Shown one piece after another: positions 1 through 10,523 of a stretch of DNA of 55,415 nt. The notes below the pieces were generated by a model that saw only the letters and a program-made list of their open reading frames with translations, had not been told where the DNA came from and did no database searches. Both the position numbers and the translations under genes were made by a program. The stretch covers positions 1 to 55,415 of the forward strand of contig CBFGJG010000010.1 of NCBI GenBank assembly GCA_965649055.1, in the 5' to 3' direction. Numbering within the stretch: position 1 is the stretch's first letter; every line of letters starts with the position of its first letter. The DNA comes from a candidate division WOR-3 bacterium (GTDB taxonomy: Bacteria > Hydrothermota > UBA3072 > B12-G15).

Positions 1-297
1 ACCTATAATAATTGATGAGATTTATGATAAAATTTTTAGACAAAACTTAAATGTTAATTATAATAAATTGTACCACCATGTCCCTGATCTTCCCGTATTT
101 TTTTGGTTGTGGTTACTAATTTTTAATATCATATAATAGTTATTTTTCTAAAGATATTATGGTTTTTTTGAATTAAAGAAATTTGGAAAATGTTAATTCT
201 TTTATTAAAGCCAATGAAAAGTTATAAAGGTAAAATGATTAATATAATATTAAATAAAACTTTGTTATATTATAACAGGAAAATGAATTTTAAATAT

Positions 298-325
298 TTG
301 ACATAATATTCTTTTTGTCTATAAT
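298..325 (+). promoter_or_regulatory. sigma70-type promoter of alr, probably leaderless
   Basis: TTGACA (298-303), 16-bp spacer, TATAAT (320-325); ATG only 6 nt downstream and no SD. Confidence 0.75.
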
Positions 326-331
326 AAACAT

Positions 332-1420
332 ATGAGACCTTCAAGAGTTGAGATAGACCTTTCAAGGTTTGAAAATAATCTAAAGGAAGCCTTAAAGAAT
401 TCAAAAGGGAAAAAAGTAATGGTAGTTGTCAAGGCGGATGCGTACGGTCATGGTTCAATAGCAATATCATCAAGGGCACAGGCTCTTGGAATAGAATGGT
501 TTGGTGTAGGAATAGTTGAAGAAGGAATAGAACTGAGGAATGCGGGAATTACCTGTAAAATACAGATTCTTTCACAGGAACTTGAAGAAAGGGCAGAAGA
601 AATAGTCCAGCATAATCTTATCCCGACTGTATGTTCAAGAAATTTTCTTCTTGCAATTGACAGGGAAGGTAAAAGACAGAAAAAAAAGGTTCCTGTTTTT
701 GTAAAAGTGGATACAGGAATGGGAAGATATGGCCTATTACCGGAAGAATTTATATATTTTTTGAAAGTTGCAAGGGCTTGCGAAAACATCGAGATACTTG
801 GTGCTATGAGCCATTTACCTTCTGCAGATTCGGATGAAAAATTTACAAGGTCTCAATTCAAACAATTCAAGGAATTGATAGACTCTGCAAGGAGTATTGG
901 AATAAAATTAAATCTTAATCAGATTGAAAATAGTGCAGGTTTTCTAAATTTTAATGAAACTGATCTTAATTTAATAAGGCTTGGTATAATACTTTATGGA
1001 ATATCTCCACAGAAAAATCAGAGATTACCGTATGAACCTGTTATGTCAGTAAAATCGAAGATATCATTTATAAAAACAATTCCAAAAGATTTCTCTGTTA
1101 GTTATTCAAGGACATATATTGCAAAAAGACCGACAAAGGTCGCGGTTGTCCCAATAGGATATGCCGATGGATATGATAGACATCTTTCAAATAAAGGTTT
1201 TATGTTTGTAAAAGATAAGAAATGCCCTATTATAGGAAATGTAACTATGGATGGGACAATGATAGATGTTACGGATGTTAAAGATGTTTCTGTTGGAGAT
1301 GAAGTTGAAATACTTGGAAAAAATATTTCTGCTTGGGATATAGCTGAATTAATCGGGACAATTCCATACGAAGTAGTTTCAAGGATGGGGAAAAGGCTTC
1401 CAAGAATCTTTAAGTATTAA
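332..1420 (+). CDS. alr: Alanine racemase
   Basis: VVKADAYGHG PLP-lysine motif, KVDTGMGRYG, PIGYADG, TIPYEV. Confidence 0.97.
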   Translation: MRPSRVEIDLSRFENNLKEALKNSKGKKVMVVVKADAYGHGSIAISSRAQALGIEWFGVGIVEEGIELRNAGITCKIQILSQELEERAEEIVQHNLIPTVCSRNFLLAIDREGKRQKKKVPVFVKVDTGMGRYGLLPEEFIYFLKVARACENIEILGAMSHLPSADSDEKFTRSQFKQFKELIDSARSIGIKLNLNQIENSAGFLNFNETDLNLIRLGIILYGISPQKNQRLPYEPVMSVKSKISFIKTIPKDFSVSYSRTYIAKRPTKVAVVPIGYADGYDRHLSNKGFMFVKDKKCPIIGNVTMDGTMIDVTDVKDVSVGDEVEILGKNISAWDIAELIGTIPYEVVSRMGKRLPRIFKY

Positions 1421-2139
1421 AATGTGAATGATATTCCAAAGAAAACAAGGTCTTCAGGATTCCTTAAGGGGTCTTTTATCTTAAAATAGTAATCAATGAA
1501 TATACTGAAAATACCTCTTTGGTTCTTATAGAAGATACCTAATTGTGGAACTATTTTATAAAATGTTTTTTTAGGATAGTAATCTTCTTCCCTACTTATT
1601 GTATATTCAACAGTGTTTTCAAAATAAAAAAACCTGTAAAACTTGTATGAACCATTCATTATAAATCTGCGTCTATAGTAAGGTCTTGAATTAAGCCAGT
1701 CAACTATGATAGCATCAGGATAAAATGCATATGTGAAATTGAAAGAAAAATTGTTATCAAATCTGTTAAATCTGTTCTTGTAATTTCTAATAGAATAAAA
1801 TTCGCCATTAAAAACAACCTTCCCTTCTTCAAGTTCTTTATCAATATAATGCCTGCAATAATGGTCTAAATAAAAATCAAACCATAAATATTTCTTGTAT
1901 TTAATTCCAAAAACAATGGAATATGTTGCAAACATAGGATCAAGAAATACCCTTCCCATCTGTTCAGCCATCTCAAGTAAAGATGAATATTTAACATAAA
2001 ATGAAAGATTTTCTTTGAAATTGAAGTCAACTGTTAAAGAGATATATGCATCAGAATTATATAATGTATCCTTCCCTGAAAAAAAACCATAATAAATTTC
2101 TCCTGAAGGACTATAGAAGAAAGAAAAAATTATAAACAT
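1417..2139 (-). CDS. Hypothetical protein, probable outer-membrane beta-barrel
   Basis: Aromatic-rich alternating strands, C-terminal FGISFTF (terminal Phe), short hydrophobic N-terminus. Confidence 0.55.
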   Translation of the reverse strand: MFIIFSFFYSPSGEIYYGFFSGKDTLYNSDAYISLTVDFNFKENLSFYVKYSSLLEMAEQMGRVFLDPMFATYSIVFGIKYKKYLWFDFYLDHYCRHYIDKELEEGKVVFNGEFYSIRNYKNRFNRFDNNFSFNFTYAFYPDAIIVDWLNSRPYYRRRFIMNGSYKFYRFFYFENTVEYTISREEDYYPKKTFYKIVPQLGIFYKNQRGIFSIFIDYYFKIKDPLRNPEDLVFFGISFTF

Positions 2140-2145
2140 ATTAAT

Positions 2146-2173
2146 AAGATAAATAAATTAGTTAAATTGTCAA
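2146..2173 (-). promoter_or_regulatory. sigma70-type promoter, probably leaderless
   Basis: Minus strand TTGACA-16-TATCTT, then 6 nt to the ATG at 2139. Confidence 0.55.
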
Positions 2174-2199
2174 ATGGTTTCTAAGATTAACAATGTTAA

Positions 2200-3027
2200 T
2201 TATTCAGATAAAAAAATCCCACCTGATATATATTTGAATTTGAAATTCTCTATATCATTAATATTAACTTTTTTAATCCTCCTTTCCCATTCTTCAAAAA
2301 AGTTCCATCTGTTCAGACCTGAAACAGAAAGAAAGATATTCAGTAGTATTTCATCGTTTTTTATCTCTTTATATTCCTTATAAAAATCGTTCAATGCATT
2401 TTTAAAATCCTTTAATTCTATTCCTTCCTTAAATATTTTTATCACTTCATCTTTACTCTTTAACTTTATAAAAAAAGGTATCTTTTTACCAAACCTTGAA
2501 TATCTGACAGGGATTTGAATATTTTCAAGGTATTTCATAAAAATTCTAAAAACAATGTAATCATTTGAATTAACATCGGGTGGAATATTTAAATACCACT
2601 CGATACTTTCAGAATCAAAGAAAAAACCTTGAACTGGTTGTAGATCTATTTCATATAACCCTTTAAAGTTATTGAAAGAAATCTTCTCTAAGATATTTAT
2701 TATTTCACTATCCTTTTCAGGTATGAAAAACTTTACCGAAGAATAGGATAGCGTTTCTGGAAGGTAATAACCCGATAATATATTTACAATATCAAATTGT
2801 GATTTCTTTATATTCTTTACATATTTTAAATTTAATTTTTCTTTTATTTTCGTTAAATCTTTTGTATCTTTCAGCCTTAAATATGTCAAACCCAAATCAA
2901 ATTCTTCGTTTTTATCTATCTTTAAGAAATAAGGAGACTCAAAGATAACAAGAATTTCTTTTTCATTATATTGAAAAACCTCAATCCCATTTTTTAAAAT
3001 TATATAAGATATAAAAACTATTCCCAT
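2200..3027 (-). CDS. Hypothetical protein, weak resemblance to an inactive M16 peptidase-like domain
   Basis: 275-aa ORF overlapping the guaA stop; C-terminal RRIKKVNINDIENFKFKY resembles M16 domain ends; no HxxEH. Confidence 0.45.
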   Translation of the reverse strand: MGIVFISYIILKNGIEVFQYNEKEILVIFESPYFLKIDKNEEFDLGLTYLRLKDTKDLTKIKEKLNLKYVKNIKKSQFDIVNILSGYYLPETLSYSSVKFFIPEKDSEIINILEKISFNNFKGLYEIDLQPVQGFFFDSESIEWYLNIPPDVNSNDYIVFRIFMKYLENIQIPVRYSRFGKKIPFFIKLKSKDEVIKIFKEGIELKDFKNALNDFYKEYKEIKNDEILLNIFLSVSGLNRWNFFEEWERRIKKVNINDIENFKFKYISGGIFLSE

Positions 3028-4526
3028 TCAATAGTAGAAGGGGGTTTTGATGATATATCATAAACAACCCTGTTTACACCTTTTACATTGTTTATAATTT
3101 TAGTTGAGACTTTTTTCAGGAAACCAAGATCAAATTCAAAGACATCCGCTGTCATACCATCTTCACTTATAACTGCCCTCAATGATATAACATATTCGTA
3201 TGTCCTCAAATCCCCCATAACACCAACAGTTCTTACAGGGATTAAAACAGCAAAAGCCTGCCATATCTTTTCATAAAGCCCTTCTTCTTTTAATGCATTT
3301 ATATATATGTGGTCTGCTTCCCTTAAAATATTCAGCCTTTTTTCATTAACTTCCCCTATTATTCTTACACCAAGACCTGGTCCAGGGAAAGGATGTCTTA
3401 AATATATACTTTCAGGAATACCTACTTCTCTGGATATCTTTCTGACTTCGTCTTTAAAAAACTCTTTTAAAGGTTCTACAACCTTAAGATTTAATTTTTC
3501 AGGTAAACCACCAACATTGTGATGTGTTTTTATCTTTGAAGATGTTTTCGAAACACCTGCACTTTCAATCCTGTCAGGATACAGTGTTCCCTGTATTAAA
3601 TATTCTGCCTTAAAAGATTTTGCTTCTTTCTCAAAAATATTTATAAATTTTTCACCTATTATCTTCCTCTTTTTTTCAGGGTCTTTTACACCTTTAAGTG
3701 CCTTTAGAAATATCTCTTTTGCATCTATTACTTTTATATCAATATCAATACTCTTCAAAAATTCAACCACTTCATCAACTTCCCATTTCCTTAAAAGTCC
3801 TGTATCAACAAGAACCGGCAGGAATTTCCCGTTAAGAAATTTTTTTGAGAGAACCGCGCATAAGGTTGAATCAACACCACCTGATATACCTAATATCGCA
3901 TTACCTTTCACTCTTTTTAACTCATTCAATGCTTCCTCTATCTGTTCTTTGTATTCCCAGTCCTTCTTAGCATCTGCTATTTTAAAGATGAAATTTTCTA
4001 TTATTTTTTTACCATATACAGAATGTGTTACTTCCGGATGGAACTGAATCCCAAAAATATTATCTTTTCTTATTGCGGCAAAAGGATTTGTATCTGTAAA
4101 TCCTATCACCTTGAAATCTTCAGGTATTTTCTTTATTTCATCCCCATGGCTCATCCATACAACTGATTCTTTAGGTATTCCTTCAAATAGATCATCTCCT
4201 TTATGTAAAAAAATCTTCTCACCGTATTCCCTTTTTTTACCTTTTATAACCTCTCCACCAAAAAAGTCTGTTATTATCTGTAAACCGTAGCAAATACCAA
4301 GTATTGGTTTATTTAATCCGAATATATTGCGGTCAGGGATAGGTGCATCTTTATCATATATACTTGAAGGTCCACCTGAAAGTATTATTCCATCTGCATT
4401 TTTTAATTCTTTAATATTTACATCGAACGGGAATATAATTGACTTTACTCCAAATTCCCTTATTCTTCTTGCAATAAGTTTTGTGTATTGAGAACCAAAA
4501 TCAATTACCGCTATCATATTTTTCAA
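3018..4526 (-). CDS. guaA: GMP synthase (glutamine-hydrolysing)
   Basis: DFGSQY, GICYG, QFHPE, SGGVDS, IKTHHNVGGLP, RHPFPGPGLG, KPPSTIEWE. Confidence 0.98.
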   Translation of the reverse strand: MKNMIAVIDFGSQYTKLIARRIREFGVKSIIFPFDVNIKELKNADGIILSGGPSSIYDKDAPIPDRNIFGLNKPILGICYGLQIITDFFGGEVIKGKKREYGEKIFLHKGDDLFEGIPKESVVWMSHGDEIKKIPEDFKVIGFTDTNPFAAIRKDNIFGIQFHPEVTHSVYGKKIIENFIFKIADAKKDWEYKEQIEEALNELKRVKGNAILGISGGVDSTLCAVLSKKFLNGKFLPVLVDTGLLRKWEVDEVVEFLKSIDIDIKVIDAKEIFLKALKGVKDPEKKRKIIGEKFINIFEKEAKSFKAEYLIQGTLYPDRIESAGVSKTSSKIKTHHNVGGLPEKLNLKVVEPLKEFFKDEVRKISREVGIPESIYLRHPFPGPGLGVRIIGEVNEKRLNILREADHIYINALKEEGLYEKIWQAFAVLIPVRTVGVMGDLRTYEYVISLRAVISEDGMTADVFEFDLGFLKKVSTKIINNVKGVNRVVYDISSKPPSTIEWE

Positions 4527-5283
4527 TCATTGAATAAAGCTCTTTGTTCAATCTAAGTTCATCCATACCTTTTAATTTTCTTATGAAATCTTTGTCCTTT
4601 TTTTCGTTAATAAACCTTAATGCCTCAAGCTGTTCTTTGCCCATAAGATTGAAGAAATTCCTTTTTAATATTTCAAGGGAATCTTCATCATTAATATCAA
4701 TAAGTGCAAGCAGTGCCTCTCTTTGTATAAGCATATTAGAAGATTTCAGGAATTCTTCAAGCATTTTTTTCATTCCCTCTGTTTTTATCTTAGCAGCAAT
4801 CTTTATTCCTTTCATAATCAAGTTTGAATCTTTGCTTTCGAAAAATTCTTCTATGAATGGTAGGATTACATTTTTTTTCTTCTCAAGAAATTTTAACACA
4901 GCGTTAGAAACATTTTCAAGGTCGGTTTCTTCAAGTATCTCTATTGCATTTCTTATCAAGTCCTCATCTGAAAACTGGAGTAAAATTATATATGTTAATG
5001 GTTCAGCCTCAATTATAACAAGTTTTTCAAGCAATGACTTAATAACGTTACTTTTACCTCTTTTAGCAATTTCTTTTTCTATCTTATCCTGTAAAGTTCC
5101 ATCAGATGTCATTTCAAACAACTCCTCTTTTAACTTCTCTATCAGTCTTGTATTTTCTCCTTTTTCAAGATTCTTATCATAATTTATTATTTCTTTTATC
5201 CTATCAATACATTGTGGAAGTTCACATTTTAAGAATATTCTTCTTAGAAATTCAGTTTCAGCCATACCCTTTAAGTTTCCCAA
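4501..5283 (-). CDS. HEAT/armadillo-like repeat protein
   Basis: Helical repeats such as DEDLIRNAIEIL, DSNLIMKGIKIA, SNMLIQREALLAL; start uncertain. Confidence 0.6.
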   Translation of the reverse strand: MGNLKGMAETEFLRRIFLKCELPQCIDRIKEIINYDKNLEKGENTRLIEKLKEELFEMTSDGTLQDKIEKEIAKRGKSNVIKSLLEKLVIIEAEPLTYIILLQFSDEDLIRNAIEILEETDLENVSNAVLKFLEKKKNVILPFIEEFFESKDSNLIMKGIKIAAKIKTEGMKKMLEEFLKSSNMLIQREALLALIDINDEDSLEILKRNFFNLMGKEQLEALRFINEKKDKDFIRKLKGMDELRLNKELYSMIEKYDSGN

Positions 5284-5890
5284 TTGCTTTCTTTCTGTCA
5301 GGATGTTTAAATATATATGCTCCTGATACTATAATATCCACACCTATATCGAGGAATTCTCCTGCATTATCCCCGTTTATACCACCATCCACTTCAATTA
5401 ATTTACCTGTCATTTGTCTTAATGTTCTTACTTTCTGAACAGTATCAGGTAACATTTTCTGACCATAAAAACCCGGGTTTACAAGCATAACAAGAACAAA
5501 GTCCACATATTCAAAAAATTTCTCTATTTTCTCTATAGGCGTTCCGGGATTTAATGCTATACCAGACATTACATTATTCTCTTTAAGATAAGAAAAAAGG
5601 CTAACAGGCTCTTTTACTGTTTCAATATGAAAAGATATCATACTGCAACCAGATTTCACAAATTCTTTGATATACTTCTCAGGTTCTGATATCATAAGAT
5701 GCGCATCAAGCTCAAGTTTTGTCAATTTTCTTATACCATCTACAACGATAGGACCAAATGTGATATTGGGGACAAAATGTCCATCCATCACATCAAGATG
5801 GATAAGGTCTGCTCCTGCTTCTTCGATTGAATTAATTTCTTCTTTCAGTTTTGAAAAATCACAAGCTATAATGGATGGTGCAACCTTCAT
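5258..5890 (-). CDS. rpe: Ribulose-phosphate 3-epimerase
   Basis: APSI, HLDVMDGHFVPNITFG, DAHLM, EVDGGIN. Confidence 0.97.
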   Translation of the reverse strand: MKVAPSIIACDFSKLKEEINSIEEAGADLIHLDVMDGHFVPNITFGPIVVDGIRKLTKLELDAHLMISEPEKYIKEFVKSGCSMISFHIETVKEPVSLFSYLKENNVMSGIALNPGTPIEKIEKFFEYVDFVLVMLVNPGFYGQKMLPDTVQKVRTLRQMTGKLIEVDGGINGDNAGEFLDIGVDIIVSGAYIFKHPDRKKAIGKLKGYG

Positions 5891-6621
5891 TATAATTGTG
5901 CTGTTTTTAAGATCTTCTTGAGTTTCAGTATATATTTTTGGTCGAGCGGCATCTGTGTGATTTTCTTCAATGTCTTTTTTATATCATACTTTTTCTTCTT
6001 CAAAATTATATTCCCATCCTCTATTATTGCATAAGAAGCGAGAGGAAAACCATCCCGTGGTTGCCCAATACTTCCGGGATTTAAAATAACCTTTTTCTCA
6101 AAATATTTCAGAAACTGGAAATGGGAATGACCCAAAAGTATAATATGAGCATCTTCTATATTCGATGTTCCACCAAGATAAAATCTTGGTGGAACAAGTT
6201 CTGACCTGAATTTTTCATCTTTATCACAGGGATAAAGATAACCAAAAAGCTGATTTTTAGGTGTTCCGTGAAATGCAGCAAACTTAATGTTATCATATGT
6301 AAATGTAGACACAGGGTAAAGTGTTTTAAGGTATTCAATATCACCTGTTTTTAGAACAAATTTCGTATATTTTCTTGTTGCAATGGATAAATCCTTAAGT
6401 TCTTCAGAACAATTGCAATCAACATTATGGGCAACAGCATTATCGTGATTACCAAGAACAAAAATATGTGTCTCGTTTTTCAATATTTCCATAACAGGCT
6501 CAGGGTCAGGCCCATAATCACAGGCATCTCCAAGAAATACAAAATAATTATAATCCTCTTCCAAAATTGATTCTAATGCCTCAAGATTTCCATGAATATC
6601 TGAACCTATTAAAATTTTCAT
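5890..6621 (-). CDS. Metallophosphoesterase (calcineurin-like, YfcE-like)
   Basis: SDIHGN, LGD..DYG, GNHD, FHG, GHSH, NPGSIGQPRDG. Confidence 0.92.
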   Translation of the reverse strand: MKILIGSDIHGNLEALESILEEDYNYFVFLGDACDYGPDPEPVMEILKNETHIFVLGNHDNAVAHNVDCNCSEELKDLSIATRKYTKFVLKTGDIEYLKTLYPVSTFTYDNIKFAAFHGTPKNQLFGYLYPCDKDEKFRSELVPPRFYLGGTSNIEDAHIILLGHSHFQFLKYFEKKVILNPGSIGQPRDGFPLASYAIIEDGNIILKKKKYDIKKTLKKITQMPLDQKYILKLKKILKTAQL

Positions 6622-6653
6622 TTATATATATATAACACATTTTTAATAATTTG

Positions 6654-7418
6654 TCAAGTGTTTTTTTGGGCGATTACGTAGAGCCTTATACCTTCCTTAA
6701 ATATGAATTTCTGTATTTTTATAAGACCCGTATCATTCATAAAATTGTATAAATAATCCATAACCTTTGGTGCAAAATACCAGTAAAACCTTGGTAGCCT
6801 TTTAAGTAACAATATGGGTTTGCCAATCCCTCTGAATTCATTTTCTAATGTTCCAATTTCTAAAATCTTAAATCCTGCATTTTGAACTAAAGATTTAATT
6901 TCTTCCCTTGTAAATGACCTGTGGAAATATTCATTGTTTTCTATTCCGTTTTTTATACCAAAGTGTTTTATCGATTCCACAGAGAAGGTCTCTTTTGTTC
7001 TTCTGAGTTTATTGGGTGTTGTTATAATGATTATCCCATTTTTTTCAACGACACTATCTAATGATTTAAGAAACTTTTCAGGTTCTCTAAGATGTTCTAT
7101 CACCTCAGAAATCAGGACAATATTGAATTTTTTTTTCAAGAAATTCAGATTTTCAATATCTCCTGATATATAAATTCCATCTGGATTTTTCCTTCTTGCC
7201 CTGATAAGTTTCTCAAAAGATATATCAATCCCTACAACTTTCTTATGAGCAGTTAATCTTCCTTCACCACAACCAAGGTCAAGAACAACATCGTTGTATC
7301 TTTTGAGGATTTCTTTTATAAATCTTTCCCTTATCCTTGCGTTCGGGAATGAATATGTTAACTCCTCTTCAGGTAGTTTTTTACCTATCTCTTTATAAAA
7401 CTCTATAAATCTATCCAT
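6654..7418 (-). CDS. Class I SAM-dependent methyltransferase
   Basis: VLDLGCGEG, GIDIS, SEVIEHL, ITTPN. Confidence 0.88.
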   Translation of the reverse strand: MDRFIEFYKEIGKKLPEEELTYSFPNARIRERFIKEILKRYNDVVLDLGCGEGRLTAHKKVVGIDISFEKLIRARRKNPDGIYISGDIENLNFLKKKFNIVLISEVIEHLREPEKFLKSLDSVVEKNGIIIITTPNKLRRTKETFSVESIKHFGIKNGIENNEYFHRSFTREEIKSLVQNAGFKILEIGTLENEFRGIGKPILLLKRLPRFYWYFAPKVMDYLYNFMNDTGLIKIQKFIFKEGIRLYVIAQKNT

Positions 7419-9822
7419 TGAAGAAATTCAAGAGTTTTTCTTTTAATTCTTCATTACTTTCAACCTTCTCCACATCTACGGGTAAGGAATCAATTATCAT
7501 ACTGCTATAATCTTTTTCCAGCATCCTTCTATCAAGTATTATTATAGCACATTTATCAAAAGATAAATTAAGTATCTTTATGAGACTTTTCTTTATCTTC
7601 ATAATTGCAGTTGGCAGAAGGTAATCATTGAATGAATTCAGTTCAGTCTTTGAAAATGCTTCAGCCCTTCTTTTAACAATTTCATCTGCCATGTTCGGGA
7701 AAGGAATCTTTGGTATAACAAGAATATCGAATTTTTTTTCCTTAACCCTATCAAAGAGATGTGTTGTCCCAAGGACTATGTATTCTTCAACATTTTTTAA
7801 GACATTGTTAAGGTTTTTATACTTTGCATGCTTTATAAAAGCACCTTCCTCTTTCTCATCTATTAAATCAAAAACCTTCTCGGCATTTGTATAAGAAGTG
7901 AACATAACATAACTCTTTCTGAATCCTCCTAATACTTTTTTTAGCATCGAGCCAACATCTTTATTGAATTCATTGGAATTATAAGGTGGATGGAATGTTG
8001 AAATATATATTCTGAATTTATCTATAACATCTTTTGAGAAATTGTAGGAACTGGTCCTTATTTCTCTTTTAATCCTATCAATACCTGATATTCTTTTGAA
8101 GAAATCAAAATTGCAACCGGTTGTTACTGTCCTTGAAATAAAAAGACCTCTTTTAATCCCTGAAATCTTTTCACAGGTCCTGTTCCATACTAAAACAGGA
8201 TAAAAAATATAGAATGCAGATAGTATATCTTCTGGCTTCGTGAAATTTACTTTCATGACATAATCATTATCCTTAATAAATAGATTGTTCAATTTATCTA
8301 AAATCCTGTTTAAACTTTTGATGAACTTATTACCTGATTTATTTCTTATTGTTGTCATAATCTCTGATATTGAAATGAATCTATCTTTATACTCTGAAAA
8401 TATTATTCCATTCTTAAATTTTTCATTGTTTCCAATTATTTCCTTTCCCATTAATATGAAATTTTCTTTTAACATATCATAATCGTCTTTTATCAGTTCG
8501 TAAGTTTGTGGAGAACTTTCAAGTATCTTTTTAATTATGTATTCAATTTCTTTAAATTCAATTATTATTGAGAATCCCTGAGTTGCCTTTTCTTCTATCT
8601 CTTCTGCATCAAAAAAAACAAAATTATTATATTCAAGTTCATTCCTGAAGAAATTCATATAATTTGTTATAATAATATCAGATTCATTTTCTTTCCTGAT
8701 CATTTCATAATAAAAGCATCTATCAAAGAATTCGCATTCTTCACCAGAGCAGGTTTCGTCCACTGATATTTTCATATCATCATCCTTTATAATATTTTTA
8801 ATCTCATTTATGTTACCAGTTTTGGTTTTCTTAATCCAGAATTTCAATGAAGCCATTGTAAATGGTTCTATATTTTTTGTTCCATTAACTTCGTTAAATT
8901 TTCTTAAACAAAGATAGCTTTCCTTATTATTGATAAAAACTGCTTTTATACCGCAATCATTCTCATTTGCTAAATTGTTAATATATCTTAAAAAATCATT
9001 TATATTTTCGCCTTCTGTCTTTATAAGTATAAATTTTTCATTGTTCTCTTTTATAAACTTTAATATAGGTAAAATAACAAAATCCTTCAGGTCCTTCACA
9101 CTCGCTATTTCAAGAATATACAGATTATTTTCTCTGATATTATCGTATATTTCCTTTTGAATATCATCTATAAGATTAATCTCCTTATAGGATTTATCAA
9201 TGTAACAATAATTTTCAGGTATCTCGTAATCGTATCTCATCTCATTTTTTACATCTTTCAGCAGCCCTTTTATATAGTTTCTCTCAGGTGATTCGGATAA
9301 TGTATCCATTATTTCAAATACTGTTTTAAATCCCATATTAATTATGTCATCGTTCATCTTAAGTATTATCATTGCGGTTGTTATTGCATCATCGAGTGCC
9401 CTGTGTTCAACATCAATTTTAATTCCAAGATACTTTGCAAGATGTCCCAAAGAGTGTGTCTGTGAAAATGGATAAAATATCTTTGCAAGTTTTAACGTGT
9501 CAACAAATTCATTATCCAGTGATATAAATTTTTTTATAAAACCAATATCAAAAACGACATTATGACCAACTATTATATCTTCACCTATGAATTCCTTTGT
9601 TTTATCAATAACATCTGTAATTCTGGGTGCTTCATCAAGCATCTTCTGATTTATACCTGTAAGTTCGGTGATATCCCTTGGTATTTTCTTTGCAGGTTTT
9701 ACAAGGGTTGAAAACTTTTCTGTTATTTTCCCGTCCCTTATTCTTACAAGACCTATTTCAATTATCTCATCGTATTCTGAAAGCCCTGTTGTTTCAAGGT
9801 CGAATGAAACAAAGTTTCTCAC
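7411..9822 (-). CDS. DnaQ-like 3'-5' exonuclease fused to a degenerate DinG-family helicase body
   Basis: Intact DEDDh motifs (FDLETTG, HNVVFD, HRALDDA); DinG-like YLCLRKF, Cys cluster, KIPFPN, IILDRR; helicase ATPase motifs degenerate. Confidence 0.85.
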   Translation of the reverse strand: MRNFVSFDLETTGLSEYDEIIEIGLVRIRDGKITEKFSTLVKPAKKIPRDITELTGINQKMLDEAPRITDVIDKTKEFIGEDIIVGHNVVFDIGFIKKFISLDNEFVDTLKLAKIFYPFSQTHSLGHLAKYLGIKIDVEHRALDDAITTAMIILKMNDDIINMGFKTVFEIMDTLSESPERNYIKGLLKDVKNEMRYDYEIPENYCYIDKSYKEINLIDDIQKEIYDNIRENNLYILEIASVKDLKDFVILPILKFIKENNEKFILIKTEGENINDFLRYINNLANENDCGIKAVFINNKESYLCLRKFNEVNGTKNIEPFTMASLKFWIKKTKTGNINEIKNIIKDDDMKISVDETCSGEECEFFDRCFYYEMIRKENESDIIITNYMNFFRNELEYNNFVFFDAEEIEEKATQGFSIIIEFKEIEYIIKKILESSPQTYELIKDDYDMLKENFILMGKEIIGNNEKFKNGIIFSEYKDRFISISEIMTTIRNKSGNKFIKSLNRILDKLNNLFIKDNDYVMKVNFTKPEDILSAFYIFYPVLVWNRTCEKISGIKRGLFISRTVTTGCNFDFFKRISGIDRIKREIRTSSYNFSKDVIDKFRIYISTFHPPYNSNEFNKDVGSMLKKVLGGFRKSYVMFTSYTNAEKVFDLIDEKEEGAFIKHAKYKNLNNVLKNVEEYIVLGTTHLFDRVKEKKFDILVIPKIPFPNMADEIVKRRAEAFSKTELNSFNDYLLPTAIMKIKKSLIKILNLSFDKCAIIILDRRMLEKDYSSMIIDSLPVDVEKVESNEELKEKLLNFFNG

Positions 9823-10523
9823 TGAATACCCACATATTGTTTTAACATTTTAATTTCCTTATTATTCAGTCTTCTTTTTTCTCCTTCTTTCAGGTTACCA
9901 AGTCTTAAAGGTCCTTCTCTAACCCTTATAAGCCTTGTTACCTTACAACCAATTGCACCAAGCATTCTCCTTATCTCCCTCTTTTTACCTTCTTTCAAGA
10001 TTATCCTTACTTTATTTTTTCCAATCCTTTCAATATAATCAGCCTTCAAGAAATCTTCACCTACATTTATCCCATACAACAATGTTTCAAGTTCATCACC
10101 AAGTTCACCTTCATAGTAAACAATGTACTCTTTTTCAATCCCATATTTAGGATGTGTCATCCTGTATGTAAGTTCACCATCATCTGTCATAATTAAAAGC
10201 CCTTCAGAGTTATAGTCAAGTCTTCCTACCGGGAATAACCTCCCTTTAAAATCTTTAAAAAAGTCCTTAACAAGTTTTCTTCCGTATTTGTCATTTGAAG
10301 CAGTTAGAACACCAACTGGTTTATAGAAGATAAAATAATTCTTTTCTTTCTTTAATTCAATCCTTCTATTATCAAAAATAACCACATCTTTTAAAGGGTC
10401 TACTTTATACGAAAGATTCCTTATCACTCTTCCGTTTACCTTTACAAGTCCCTTTAAGACAAGTTTTTCAGCCTTCCTCCGTGATGTTATTCCCGCCTGT
10501 GAAAGGAAATGGGATATCCTCAT
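9819..10523 (-). CDS. rluB: rRNA pseudouridine synthase (RsuA/RluB family)
   Basis: N-terminal S4 domain (SRRKAE), VGRLD catalytic motif, EGKKREIRRM; follows scpB. Confidence 0.85.
   Translation of the reverse strand: MRISHFLSQAGITSRRKAEKLVLKGLVKVNGRVIRNLSYKVDPLKDVVIFDNRRIELKKEKNYFIFYKPVGVLTASNDKYGRKLVKDFFKDFKGRLFPVGRLDYNSEGLLIMTDDGELTYRMTHPKYGIEKEYIVYYEGELGDELETLLYGINVGEDFLKADYIERIGKNKVRIILKEGKKREIRRMLGAIGCKVTRLIRVREGPLRLGNLKEGEKRRLNNKEIKMLKQYVGIQ

Noticed and set aside
1..136. Open frame on + strand at the window start (PIIIDEIY...IFNII*)
   Set aside because: Could be a gene 3' end but is too short and has no recognisable motif
7451..7470. Partial similarity to the 28-bp repeat (TCATTACTTTCAACCTTCT); also an 11-12 nt match near 40895
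   Set aside because: Lacks the GGGGTCAG tip, lies inside intact coding sequence and is explicable by chance in AT-rich DNA
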